The notes beneath the pieces are model-generated. The model worked only from the letters and a program-made list of their open reading frames with translations, made no database searches and was not told the DNA's origin. A stretch of 64,000 nucleotides of DNA from a virus, in the IMG/VR virus record IMGVR_UViG_3300039183_000005, positions 64,001 through 128,000 of that record; one strand, given 5' to 3'. Position numbers and translations under genes: made by a program. Below are positions 19,361-29,407 of this stretch, one piece after another (the first letter of the stretch is position 1; each line of letters opens with the position of its first letter).

Positions 19361-20536
19361 TTATATCAAGTATTTTTTGGCTATTTGTCCAACCTTGTCA
19401 TAGCTAAATTCTGCTACACGTTTTTTAGCAGCTTCTCCCTTAATATGCAATTTTCCGTCTTGCCATTCAGAATACGCCTGCTTCATACAATAAATTAAAT
19501 GTTCTATATCTGGATCGTACCAATATTCATCCCCAGTATATAAATCTGGGAACGAATCAGTCATGCCGAAACAGGGCGTCAATTGGCCCCTTATCAGCCA
19601 TCCACAGTTAACCTCTCCGGGATATTTGAACATATGTTTTTTGGGTTCCCAATATCTAAATGCTTGTGGATAAGTAAGTTCTGGAAAATAACCCCAGTTG
19701 CTCAAAATTACCGGATTTCCAAATCCAAGACTATCAAATGCCCCTAATCCAATTGCCTCACCATGGCTGGCCGAAACAAAAACATCACACGCACGATGAA
19801 GCTGATCAAGCTTTTGATCTGGTAGAAAATCCGTGATACACACTACTGGAGGATAATGTGGATGCTTAGCATATATATGTAGTGATTTTTTCACATCTTC
19901 AATTGTTGTTTTTAATATGTTAGTCACTTCGTCTGACGTTTTGCTTGGAATATGTACCTTTAGCACAAGGGCAACATCATCTCTAATACTGAATGCTGAA
20001 TAGAATGCTCTTAAAATTGCTACAACATTTTTCCTACGATTCATTTCTCCAATAGTATAAAATACGCACTTATTTTTGAGTTGTGGTATAGATAATGGTT
20101 CTGGAGCATTATCAAACCTGGCGGTGTCACATGAACATGGAAATATTTTAACGGGTACATTTACATCACTGTCCTTGACAGCTTGCGCATTTTGTATCGA
20201 TGGTACCCATATCTCATCCATAAGATTGCAACAATGGCTCCAGTTTGATCTTTTAAAATTTGTAGTTTCGCAACAAAACAAACCTATATTTCTTACTCCG
20301 AATTTATATTCAAACATATGTGGAAGCACATGCTGTATAACTACATCAACATTATCAGTATCTTTGTTTTCAAGATGTTCTACTTTCCGTGCTAATTCGT
20401 TATTTCTGGATTGAGATAATCTAACAGCACGCGATACAACATTAATATCACCCGCCTCAAGTGCCAACATATTATGTACGGCTTGATTAGAATATCCAGT
20501 ACCGTCGCGAAGTGGTGAAATATAGCATATTTTCAT
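19361..20536 (-). CDS. Glycosyltransferase family 4 (GT-B)
   Basis: DGTGYS, RRKNV, CDVFVSASHGEAIGLGAFDSLGFGNPVI. Confidence 0.85.
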   Translation of the reverse strand: MKICYISPLRDGTGYSNQAVHNMLALEAGDINVVSRAVRLSQSRNNELARKVEHLENKDTDNVDVVIQHVLPHMFEYKFGVRNIGLFCCETTNFKRSNWSHCCNLMDEIWVPSIQNAQAVKDSDVNVPVKIFPCSCDTARFDNAPEPLSIPQLKNKCVFYTIGEMNRRKNVVAILRAFYSAFSIRDDVALVLKVHIPSKTSDEVTNILKTTIEDVKKSLHIYAKHPHYPPVVCITDFLPDQKLDQLHRACDVFVSASHGEAIGLGAFDSLGFGNPVILSNWGYFPELTYPQAFRYWEPKKHMFKYPGEVNCGWLIRGQLTPCFGMTDSFPDLYTGDEYWYDPDIEHLIYCMKQAYSEWQDGKLHIKGEAAKKRVAEFSYDKVGQIAKKYLI

Positions 20537-23431
20537 TTAAATCACCGTCACATTTACTTGGTCTAGGACTTCACGCTTTAGTGATGCGAGTCGTTTTTCT
20601 TCCATTATATTCGCTTGGTGAACCATCTCCATAAAATGTTCAACAAATGCTTTTCGATCAAATGGTACACGACGATCACCAACAGTTTTCGATCCGCTAT
20701 TAAGTGATTTTAACCATTCACCGGCAAAATGCGTTTGTAACATATCGGGTCGATTCCAAACTTTACCAATAACCCAGTTTACAAATTCGCTATTGTTCAT
20801 ATTGTTATTTGGCGGAACTAAATTCGGACGATGAATACGAGGTGTCGGACATAACCAAGTAGTTTTCTGATCTTTAATGGGTGTTTCACGTATTACTTGA
20901 CCCCAAATTGCTGCTGTTCTTTCCCACCCACGACGACGCATTGGTTGGTCTTGTCCGTATGTCGGCACTAATTCTTCAGCGTATGCTCTTGTTCGTTTAG
21001 ATTTTTCCCCCCTAACAGTTTCATTTTGTTTAAGAAATTTATCTAATTTATTAGCAAAATCAATATTGCTAGGGAGAGCACGTTTTTGTTCTGTTTCTAT
21101 GATTGCCTCCCAGAAAAAACGTTCTACATCAATTGGGATACTTGTGGGACATTGAAAATAATCTTCCATAGCCGAATATTTTGGTGCAGCGACAGGAACA
21201 CCACAAGCCATTGCTTCCCAAGCTGGCATACCTGCTCCTTCGCAATTGTGCTGTAATCCTTCAAGTGTTACGTAATGATGATCATCCTCTACGTCTATAT
21301 TAACAACTTCACCACTAAAATCACTTTTTTCGCATGATTCAATTTTTACAAAAACAAATCCATCTTTATACAGGGTTTCGTGTGATTTCCGTTGTCCATC
21401 TATTCTTATTTCAAAACGATACATTGGTAATCTATTATCTCGATACGTTATAGAACAATTATAGTACCAACCAATTTTTTCTAATATTGGACCCAATAAT
21501 TTAGCAATATGCAAAGATGTTGTACTATATGTGTTGGTCCATGGTCGCTTTTTATTTTTTTGGGAACCATCTCCAGCTATCAATCCCCTTATAAGTGCTT
21601 CTTGTAATCCAGTGGGCCACAAATGGCATCCATACGGTAATTGCTTTGTATTATCCTTGTGATATAGCAGTGGTCTAAGCTGTTTCGTAAAGTCGACACT
21701 ATTAATATCAACATCCTTAGCATTTCTACCATGTTTAGTACAATCCCTAATACATCTCCGCTTTCCCATTTTATTTGCAATTTTTTGTATTTTTTCTAAA
21801 TTGATATTATCACTACCATGTAGAGTAATACGATTGTTGCCATTGCTAATATTAGCCTTGCCGTCAGCCGCAAATAATCCCAAATAGTACGCCATATCTT
21901 CATCTAAAAATGGTAGATCATAATTTGGTATAATTTCTTCTGTTGGTATGCGATTGACTAATAAATCACCTGGCTGCAATTCATCTGTTCTTTTGTATAT
22001 AAATGTGAGTTCAGGACAAGTAAATTCAGTACCGACCTGCACAGATGGAATATTTTCGAAACCAAACTCATTGGCTATTGGAACAACGATTTGTTGCTCA
22101 ATGCGGTCGGAGATACGATTGTGAAAATTTTGCATTTCTGCACTAACCATATTTTTGTTTTGATGATAATGTTCTCTGTTAACAATACTTTCTATTCCTT
22201 TGGATAGTCCAGTTCTATCTACAACCAGCCATGGATGATTATCCGTTGCCGTAATTGACCACGGTCTTCCCTTAATTTTTACATCGAAACATTTGTCGGA
22301 TGGATTTCTCATAGTCTTATAAACACGATGTAATTTACCATCCTTGCCGACAACCATATTGCCCACTTGAATATCGCCAATCGCTTCCCATCCATCCGAA
22401 GTCATAATGGGTGTGTCAGGATGCAAACAGATAGAATATTGAACGTATAGATCAAACGTTTTCATAATATCTGCTAACACATTACGTGGACATGAATGAT
22501 TTGCATTCGGTGGATGAGCAGCCAATTTTCCACATTTACGACAAACCATCATTTCACCATTGAAAAATGATGGATAGGCAGTTTGACAATTGCTACACAA
22601 ATAAGTCATAATGACCTTATTGCCAATTTTGAAATCGCGAATAGCTTTTCCTATGTCGTATCCGACATCTGGATAGCTAGTGTGAAGATAAAGGAATGTT
22701 CGTTTTGCTAATTCTAAGTGCCCCTTGGTTTTGGATTGATGGAGCCACATCGAAAATGCTTCTATTAAATCATAATACAGCTTGCGCTTTTGGTTTCGCA
22801 TGACCGTACCGACAATTAAAGAATTTGGATCAATTCCCAATCTGGCTTTATGATCCCTTTTATTTTCTGGCGGTTTAAACATTTCAAGATCAACACCAGG
22901 AGATGCTATCGTAACAAGATTTGTTCCTCGTCTGCCAGTTCTCTTTAGTAAATCCATACCATATTCAGAATATGTGAGAACACGATCGCATCGTTTATAT
23001 GTATCTAACCACAATTCTCTTTCGGGTTCTCCATCAATTGTCGGCATCCAAATAAATTTAAAATTATTGCGCAATGGCGAACGTTCAATAAATTCATCCA
23101 TCCACCAATCTCGGATCGAACAAACAATATCAGGCTTGAAATCCAAACATACATCATCAAATTTTGCTTCACCAAACTGATTTGTTGGGCTAGACATATA
23201 TTGCTGCATAGCCGCTTGATTGCTTCGAGCAGGTGCTACTGGATAAAATTTCCACGGAACTTGTTGGCAACGTGGATCATCATCGTGCGCGTAAGACCCC
23301 ATCTCAGCGCATAAAAATTCTCCAGTCGCATGTAATCGGCTAATTACTTCATTTAAATACGTGCTGAAACCAGTAGCAAGAAAACTCGCCTCACCGGTGA
23401 ATAAAACTCTACGCTTGCGATTAGACTCCAT
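20537..23431 (-). CDS. Glycosyltransferase family 4 with Zn-ribbon insert, interrupted by an intein
   Basis: TGFS, VMRNQKRK, CSNC/CRKC; spliced motif DLYVQYSI|CEGAGMPAWEAMACGVPV. Confidence 0.9.
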   Translation of the reverse strand: MESNRKRRVLFTGEASFLATGFSTYLNEVISRLHATGEFLCAEMGSYAHDDDPRCQQVPWKFYPVAPARSNQAAMQQYMSSPTNQFGEAKFDDVCLDFKPDIVCSIRDWWMDEFIERSPLRNNFKFIWMPTIDGEPERELWLDTYKRCDRVLTYSEYGMDLLKRTGRRGTNLVTIASPGVDLEMFKPPENKRDHKARLGIDPNSLIVGTVMRNQKRKLYYDLIEAFSMWLHQSKTKGHLELAKRTFLYLHTSYPDVGYDIGKAIRDFKIGNKVIMTYLCSNCQTAYPSFFNGEMMVCRKCGKLAAHPPNANHSCPRNVLADIMKTFDLYVQYSICLHPDTPIMTSDGWEAIGDIQVGNMVVGKDGKLHRVYKTMRNPSDKCFDVKIKGRPWSITATDNHPWLVVDRTGLSKGIESIVNREHYHQNKNMVSAEMQNFHNRISDRIEQQIVVPIANEFGFENIPSVQVGTEFTCPELTFIYKRTDELQPGDLLVNRIPTEEIIPNYDLPFLDEDMAYYLGLFAADGKANISNGNNRITLHGSDNINLEKIQKIANKMGKRRCIRDCTKHGRNAKDVDINSVDFTKQLRPLLYHKDNTKQLPYGCHLWPTGLQEALIRGLIAGDGSQKNKKRPWTNTYSTTSLHIAKLLGPILEKIGWYYNCSITYRDNRLPMYRFEIRIDGQRKSHETLYKDGFVFVKIESCEKSDFSGEVVNIDVEDDHHYVTLEGLQHNCEGAGMPAWEAMACGVPVAAPKYSAMEDYFQCPTSIPIDVERFFWEAIIETEQKRALPSNIDFANKLDKFLKQNETVRGEKSKRTRAYAEELVPTYGQDQPMRRRGWERTAAIWGQVIRETPIKDQKTTWLCPTPRIHRPNLVPPNNNMNNSEFVNWVIGKVWNRPDMLQTHFAGEWLKSLNSGSKTVGDRRVPFDRKAFVEHFMEMVHQANIMEEKRLASLKREVLDQVNVTVI
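21245..22429 (-). mobile_element. Intein (395 aa) with LAGLIDADG homing endonuclease
   Basis: Block A CLHPDTPI, block B TDNHPW, LAGLIDADG motifs YYLGLFAADG and LIRGLIAGDGS, block F/G VVNIDVEDDHHY...QHN followed by extein Cys. Confidence 0.95.
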
Positions 23432-24008
23432 AATCACTCCGCATTAATTTAGGTCGTAAATTTTTAATCCTAGAATACCGTTGATTACGACTAAGTTCCA
23501 AATGTTCTAAATTTTCATCAAATTGTGCCTGTAAAAATTCTTTGTCTTCTGACGTAAGATCATCACATAACAAAAGATCATCAAAGACAAAAAATGGCTC
23601 AGATTCGTACGTAGGTTCTTGAAATAACATATGCCAAGGTTCGGTAAAAATAAGTCGGCGTAAATTAGCTAATTTCTCACTGGTGATATTCAATTCTTGA
23701 CATATCTCCTGTTCTGTCTTGCCTTCAGCCAATAATATTTCCAATTGATGAACTTTCTTTTTGATTCTACGTGGCGCAGATATAGTATACATAGCATCTA
23801 ATGCTGCATTTCTCATTGTATTTGCTATTGCTATAATTGCATATGCCTTTAAATTACGATGTTTTTGTTTCTTGCCACGAATCGTTGCTAATGTTAAATG
23901 CCCTATCTGTATGTAATCTTCTTCATTAGCGCAATTACTGGAATAAATAGCAGCAATTCTTTTTGCTAAGCAAACTATGAATTTATCTAAAGACTGCCAT
24001 CTTCCCAT
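23421..24008 (-). CDS. Sigma-70 family RNA polymerase sigma factor-like protein
   Basis: EEDYIQIG region 2, AYA...I...MR, ISAPRR, HTH TEQEICQELNIT. Confidence 0.65.
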   Translation of the reverse strand: MGRWQSLDKFIVCLAKRIAAIYSSNCANEEDYIQIGHLTLATIRGKKQKHRNLKAYAIIAIANTMRNAALDAMYTISAPRRIKKKVHQLEILLAEGKTEQEICQELNITSEKLANLRRLIFTEPWHMLFQEPTYESEPFFVFDDLLLCDDLTSEDKEFLQAQFDENLEHLELSRNQRYSRIKNLRPKLMRSDYGV

Positions 24009-24021
24009 TAATGTTCATTTC

Positions 24022-24438
24022 TTAAAACGGAATATCATCATTATCGACAGGAGGCGGCGCTGACATAGTATTAGTAGTTGACGATTTTGATTCGCCAGAT
24101 TTCTTCTTTCCATTCTTTTCGCACAATTGAAAATCTCGAATAGTTACGGAATATGCTACTCGCTTCTGACCATCCTTTTCCCATGAATCCTGCTTCATAT
24201 ATCCGCATACATAAATCGGCTGACCCTTCTTAACCAACTCCATCATTTTTTCAGCACGAGTACCCCAAACTTGAGCGCGTAAAAAACATGCCTCCTGTTG
24301 CCATTTTTGATCCCTATCCTGATAACTCCGATTGAATGCCAAATTAACGGTACACACAGATGTCCCATTCTGTCCAACACTTCTTAGTTCTGGGTCTGCC
24401 GTTGCGACACCCACACCAAATACACCTAATTCTGCCAT
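24022..24438 (-). CDS. ssb: Single-stranded DNA-binding protein
   Basis: ADPELR, OB-fold motifs, C-terminal DDIPF tail. Confidence 0.95.
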   Translation of the reverse strand: MAELGVFGVGVATADPELRSVGQNGTSVCTVNLAFNRSYQDRDQKWQQEACFLRAQVWGTRAEKMMELVKKGQPIYVCGYMKQDSWEKDGQKRVAYSVTIRDFQLCEKNGKKKSGESKSSTTNTMSAPPPVDNDDIPF

Positions 24439-24478
24439 TTTATTATCCTTTACACAAGTAGACTGACCAATTCTTCTT

Positions 24479-24510
24479 ATTATACGTTAAAGTCTAATAT
24501 TTGTTTCATA
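24479..24510 (-). promoter_or_regulatory. Putative phage promoter TATGAAAC-N18-TATAAT upstream of ssb
   Basis: One of four intergenic copies with an identical 18-nt spacer. Confidence 0.65.
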
Positions 24511-24513
24511 AAA

Positions 24514-26361
24514 TTACATTAATTTTTGCATGTCGCGAATTATAAAGCTACCATTTTTTTTCTCTCCGTAGATTAAACATATCAGATCATCCTTACAAAA
24601 TGCTTTTAGTCGCCCAAACGCATCGGGAAATACCACAGCATGATCAATCGAATATGTAGAATCGGATATAGTCAAAAAACACATGGGTTGCCCTGGATTA
24701 CTACCTCTCTTTGTTTTCGTATGTTTTACTCTATCTATAATGGCACAAACCACAATAGATTCGTTATTCGGAGCTTTAGCTATTTCTAAACAAGTATGAG
24801 TTGCTAGACTATCATCCGCATCATCTGCTGGTGAACATGATAAAGCTATTCCTAAGAAATGTTTCTCTGCTGTTGCATTCGCGGCATTACTATCTTCTAT
24901 TGGATTTTCCAGCATAGCCGCTTTCGCTGCTATTATTTTTCGCCTGTTATCGCTTGCGCATGGAGGTTTAACAACATCGTCTCGGTAGCCATTTTCAAGC
25001 ATTAATTCTTCTATTTTTTTCTTAGTCCTACTACCTATTCCGTCTAGCCATGTCTTCTTCTCAGCTAAAGATGTGCATACAAATTTACTATCTCCATCCC
25101 TAATGCCGTCAAATGCCGAATCAGCTTGATCTAAGTAATTAACTGCGGCGGTTACAAGTTCTTTTTTTGTCATTTGGCTCAAAGTTTTTGTTTTACTTCC
25201 TGGCGGTTGGGCCATTTGATTTAAGATTTCTTGTGTTGACATTTCGCCCTGTTTTAATTGCTCAAAAAAATAAATTTTCTCTTTATTTGTTAGGCCCTTA
25301 ATTTCTATTTTTTTACCAGTTGAATCGTGTCCGGTGGTGCCAAGAATAACTTCTAATTCTCGAACCATTTCACTACGACCCATATTATAACAATCGCAAG
25401 CGCCAGCTTTAATTAGTGCTATACCAACATTGCGATGAAAGTCTGGAACTGCTGACAAAAAATTGGCCCAAGTATCTAGAGAGTCCTTTCCTGACGTTTC
25501 TGAGGCCGCTGTGACAATCTTTTGAATAGCAGATGTCCCAACACCCCTAATATGCGCTAGGCCGAAAGCAACGCCATTTTGTGGTTTTGGAGTCATCTGA
25601 AAATGAATGTTTCCACGTCGAATATCAGGTGGAAGAATTTCCACTCCAAATAATCTTGCGTCCTGTACTAATTTATAAATTTCTTCTTTTGGATCACCCT
25701 TGTATTGTGAATAGGTAAGATAGCTGGTGAAAAATTCTTGTGGAAAGTGACATTTAATCCAAGCCGTTTGATAAGCTATAAATGCATAAGATACAGCATG
25801 ACTTTTATTGAATGAATATCGTTGACACTTTTCTATCCATCCAAAAATTTCTTCTGCAATACCACGAGCAATTTTACTATGCTTTTGAGCCCCATTGACA
25901 AATCTATTTTTAAGTTTCGCCATAAGTTCCGGCTTCTTTTTGCCTATGGCTTTTCTTAATTCGTCAGCAACTTCAAGACTAAATCCAGCAATATCTGTAG
26001 CAATTTTGATCGCCTGTTCTTGATAAACGAGACAACCATATGTAGACTCAAGAATCGGCTTTAAGGATTGATGTAGATATACGTGTTTTTTCCTTCCAAA
26101 TTTAATGTCTACATAATCTTGAGTCATCGAACTTTCAAGGGGTCCAGGTCTTAAGAGAGCAGTTAATGCGGCAAGTTCTTCTATATTTTGTGGTTTTACT
26201 TTCTTAGCCCAATCTTGACCTAGATTTTTTTCAAGTTGAAAAACTCCAACGGTATGGCCACCACCAATTAACCGCCATACAGCGGGGCAATCCAGGGGAA
26301 TATCGTTTACACTAAATTTACCTTTCTCGACCTTGCATTTGCAATTTGTAAATTCGATCAT
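24514..26361 (-). CDS. dnaE: DNA polymerase III alpha subunit, C-terminal half (fingers, HhH, OB) of a split DnaE
   Basis: IPLD...GVFQLE, LLRPGP, YQEQAI, LRKAIGKK, YSFNKSHAVSY, FGLAHIRGVG, OB-fold MCFLTISD. Confidence 0.95.
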   Translation of the reverse strand: MIEFTNCKCKVEKGKFSVNDIPLDCPAVWRLIGGGHTVGVFQLEKNLGQDWAKKVKPQNIEELAALTALLRPGPLESSMTQDYVDIKFGRKKHVYLHQSLKPILESTYGCLVYQEQAIKIATDIAGFSLEVADELRKAIGKKKPELMAKLKNRFVNGAQKHSKIARGIAEEIFGWIEKCQRYSFNKSHAVSYAFIAYQTAWIKCHFPQEFFTSYLTYSQYKGDPKEEIYKLVQDARLFGVEILPPDIRRGNIHFQMTPKPQNGVAFGLAHIRGVGTSAIQKIVTAASETSGKDSLDTWANFLSAVPDFHRNVGIALIKAGACDCYNMGRSEMVRELEVILGTTGHDSTGKKIEIKGLTNKEKIYFFEQLKQGEMSTQEILNQMAQPPGSKTKTLSQMTKKELVTAAVNYLDQADSAFDGIRDGDSKFVCTSLAEKKTWLDGIGSRTKKKIEELMLENGYRDDVVKPPCASDNRRKIIAAKAAMLENPIEDSNAANATAEKHFLGIALSCSPADDADDSLATHTCLEIAKAPNNESIVVCAIIDRVKHTKTKRGSNPGQPMCFLTISDSTYSIDHAVVFPDAFGRLKAFCKDDLICLIYGEKKNGSFIIRDMQKLM

Positions 26362-26366
26362 ACCAT

Positions 26367-26398
26367 ATTATACCTCTAAATTCACCTGCTGTTCCATA
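26367..26398 (-). promoter_or_regulatory. Putative phage promoter TATGGAAC-N18-TATAAT upstream of the dnaE C-half
   Basis: Conserved motif and spacing; TATAAT ends 5 nt before the ATG. Confidence 0.65.
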
Positions 26399-26401
26399 AA
26401 G

Positions 26402-27229
26402 TTAAAAATTTTCGTATGCCAGAGCAATAGTCTTTAATATGCCTCCAATCTTTGGCGATAGGACCGATAACTGATAAAACAACGGTGTTTGCACAGCAGC
26501 TAAGATTTCTGGCTTATGAATTCGATAACCTCTGGCACCTTGAAGTCCTTTGATTCCACCACATTCAGCTAAACGAATATGTGTACCGTGATGGTTTGAC
26601 GTTGCGAGAGATGGCCAATATGTATCGGATAGATTGCCTGGTGGTTCTCCAAGGTCAGATTCTATAATTATTCGTAATAGTAGCTGTTCGTTAAAACCCT
26701 GTTCTGGAAAATCTATTGAACCATCTTTAAGCCTTGAACGATATTTATTTATTAGTGGCCTAATAGCTTCGAACCATTCTTTTGGCTTAATCACATGAAT
26801 TCCACCAAGTCGTCTAGGTCCGGCCTGTAGTGGACGAATAAAATTACTATATGGGATTCCCAACTCATTACAATGTGCAAGATGTTGATCCATATATGAT
26901 GGAATCTCTCGGTAAATTGCCATATCAACATCGCCGATGGACATACAATCATACTGATCGAATGATGGTTCATACACGAGCCATCGCAAGCATTTGATTG
27001 TATTAGCATCTGTATGTGTATATTCAGGAAATGCTCGTTCTCGAATTTCGAAATTGCCAGACAGCAAAGTGAGCATTTGGCGAATATTGTCCATCAAGTT
27101 TTCGTCAAGCAAAATTAATTTATGTGCCTTCGGATATGCTCGATTGAGGAAGTATAGGAACCACGGTATATATTTTTGGTATGGTTTATTAGCAACGGTC
27201 ATAAAACACATTCTACTTTCGTCAGCCAT
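26402..27229 (-). CDS. Putative GT-A fold glycosyltransferase
   Basis: LRWL...SIGDVD (DxD), NEQLL; cluster context. Confidence 0.55.
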   Translation of the reverse strand: MADESRMCFMTVANKPYQKYIPWFLYFLNRAYPKAHKLILLDENLMDNIRQMLTLLSGNFEIRERAFPEYTHTDANTIKCLRWLVYEPSFDQYDCMSIGDVDMAIYREIPSYMDQHLAHCNELGIPYSNFIRPLQAGPRRLGGIHVIKPKEWFEAIRPLINKYRSRLKDGSIDFPEQGFNEQLLLRIIIESDLGEPPGNLSDTYWPSLATSNHHGTHIRLAECGGIKGLQGARGYRIHKPEILAAVQTPLFYQLSVLSPKIGGILKTIALAYENF

Positions 27230-27975
27230 TAAATATTCATTGCCTTTCTAAAAATTTGTCCAATCAAAGTCGAAGAGTTCAACAATTGTTGTTCGGTCAT
27301 ATTAAGTATTGGACTGCGAGTCTGTTTAAACATTTGATGATATAACATAAATCCATATACTTCTTGTGTAGAATACTTATCAAGGCATTCTATCCCGTCA
27401 AATAAATATGCATTCCAGGAGGCAATGGGCATAATCATTTTACAGTCAAGGTGATGATACTTCTGTCCTCTGACGGCATGACGAATTACCGCTGGGCCGA
27501 GACTGCCCCACTGAAAGACATGACCTTCTGGATGAAGCTCCAACATATGATCTATATACGCCGCCGCTTTTGTGATTATCTTTCCCTTTGGTTCAGACAC
27601 CAATAAGCCACTTTCTGGCTCTCCATATTTGAGTGATGGAGATGCTGTTGCTATCAAATCTATCCCATCCCTCAATAGTTCAAACATTGGAAAAAGACTT
27701 TTGAATAGAACCAAGTCGGAATCTAGCCAGATGCCACCATGCTCTGCTAAAAGATGGTATCTTAAATAATTCGATTTATTGTTAATTTGCGCAATTTTGA
27801 AGAAACTATCTGGTATATTTGGTAGGAATTGCTTTACATTTTCTGGGGTAACCAAATAAATATCAAAATCATTCCCACAGTGTTTAGATATTATCTTCCA
27901 GCAAAGCTGGACATATGCCGGAGGTTCTGATTGTCCTGGTGGGTTTTCCCAAAATAGCCATATTGCATTTTGCAT
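27229..27975 (-). CDS. Capsular polysaccharide synthesis protein / GT32-like glycosyltransferase
   Basis: IWLFWE, KSNYLRYHLLAEHGGIWLDSD, WGSLGP. Confidence 0.85.
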   Translation of the reverse strand: MQNAIWLFWENPPGQSEPPAYVQLCWKIISKHCGNDFDIYLVTPENVKQFLPNIPDSFFKIAQINNKSNYLRYHLLAEHGGIWLDSDLVLFKSLFPMFELLRDGIDLIATASPSLKYGEPESGLLVSEPKGKIITKAAAYIDHMLELHPEGHVFQWGSLGPAVIRHAVRGQKYHHLDCKMIMPIASWNAYLFDGIECLDKYSTQEVYGFMLYHQMFKQTRSPILNMTEQQLLNSSTLIGQIFRKAMNI

Positions 27976-27987
27976 TACATATTCCCT

Positions 27988-28563
27988 TTATCTTAATACT
28001 GATGGTAATAACATGTGTCGATAGTCTCCAGCATAAATATGTAGATTGCTAATGCCTTCGGCCTTTAGTCGTTCTCGCAATTCATCTTCTTGATGTTTTG
28101 CTGTAGGAGATTTTCTAACATCGAAATCTATTAACACAGCTTTTACCTTATTGTATTCTCCAGAATCGAGTAGATTCGTGACAATAGAACATTCACTTCC
28201 TTCGCAATTCAATTTCAAAAATACTTCATCTTCTTTTGATATATTATTTCTAAACCACTCTGAAGCTTCAACAAAATAACACAAGTCATCTTTCTTCTGT
28301 GGATTACAGGTTGTTTGGTAATCATCCCAAATCGTTCCACCTTGTGAACCAGAGTTATGCAGTATCATATCGCACGTTTTAGAGAACAGCCCAAAGCCGC
28401 AAACTGTTACTTTCGGATTATTGTCAAATTTTCGGTGCAATATTTTTAGACATACAGGAGATGGTTCAAAAGTAAATATATGATCTATTTTAAATCGTGG
28501 TTGCAACAATAATTCCACTGTTTGCCCTTCGTGCCCTCCGACATCAAGGAATATTCGACTCAT
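27988..28563 (-). CDS. FkbM family methyltransferase
   Basis: FLDVGGHEG, FEPSP, LKLNCEGSE. SD GGAGG before MSRIF. Confidence 0.85.
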   Translation of the reverse strand: MSRIFLDVGGHEGQTVELLLQPRFKIDHIFTFEPSPVCLKILHRKFDNNPKVTVCGFGLFSKTCDMILHNSGSQGGTIWDDYQTTCNPQKKDDLCYFVEASEWFRNNISKEDEVFLKLNCEGSECSIVTNLLDSGEYNKVKAVLIDFDVRKSPTAKHQEDELRERLKAEGISNLHIYAGDYRHMLLPSVLR

Positions 28564-29407
28564 GCCATTTCCTCCAATCCGTATAAACAAAACGAGCTAA
28601 AAAAACATCGTCATGTATATGAAATGCAAATTTTAATTTGGGCAATAAGCCCGTGACTTTAAGTTGCTTAAAAGCAAATTCATGATTTGACGGCACACCC
28701 TGCCTAAGAAAAGTTTCTATGTTTTTATATAAGTTACCGAATTTATCCATAATTTCAGAACCACCAAAAAACCAATAATCGGCCAGTGCTTGATAATGTG
28801 GGTTATGTGGGTATCCGATATGGGTATGATGAAGTGTCGGATCATTTTTCTTATTCCATCCGTGGAAAAACCAATCTTCGTGTCTAATGCCTTGTCCGTT
28901 TGGCATCTTCATTACACACCAATTTGATGCATAAAAATTATTTGGATCAAATTGATCGAAATGCACGTCTGTAAGCCAAGCTACATCAAATCGTCCGATC
29001 ATAACCATATCATATTTGAATCCATGCTGTTGTTCATAATTTCGCTTAAGCTTCATGCACTGATAAATACTATACCATCTAGCAATCGTAATCTGCGTTT
29101 TGGAGGTAACGCCATCGGGATAATCCTTATCGACCATACCTCCTTTAATGTTAAATTTTGGATCATGTTCAAACATAGCGTCTTTTGGATTATATGCCTC
29201 TATTAGCGATTGTTTTACTTCGATACTTGGCGTGTGCATAAATACGTCTATATCGTTATGGGCGAACAGATGCTTTTTGTAGTGTTCAAAACCCCTTTCC
29301 CACTCAACGGGCGTTCTCTTTCCTGTCTTGCCATTCCACATTTGGCCACCCACAACCTTTTTGCCGGGGTGTGAAGCCATACCGTTTAAACATAGTGCTA
29401 TTTTCAA
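28544..29407 (-). CDS. Putative glycosyltransferase-like protein
   Basis: KIALCLNG, DVFMHT, RWYS, YDMVMIGRFD, DYWFFG pattern common in viral glycan clusters. Confidence 0.55.
   Translation of the reverse strand: MKIALCLNGMASHPGKKVVGGQMWNGKTGKRTPVEWERGFEHYKKHLFAHNDIDVFMHTPSIEVKQSLIEAYNPKDAMFEHDPKFNIKGGMVDKDYPDGVTSKTQITIARWYSIYQCMKLKRNYEQQHGFKYDMVMIGRFDVAWLTDVHFDQFDPNNFYASNWCVMKMPNGQGIRHEDWFFHGWNKKNDPTLHHTHIGYPHNPHYQALADYWFFGGSEIMDKFGNLYKNIETFLRQGVPSNHEFAFKQLKVTGLLPKLKFAFHIHDDVFLARFVYTDWRKWHESNIP

Noticed and set aside
26341-26361. MIEFTN-C at the start of dnaE-C as a tiny split-intein C-fragment
   Set aside because: The N-half ends with no Cys/Ser-initiated Hint domain, so there is no partner IntN; the NC is likely coincidental.
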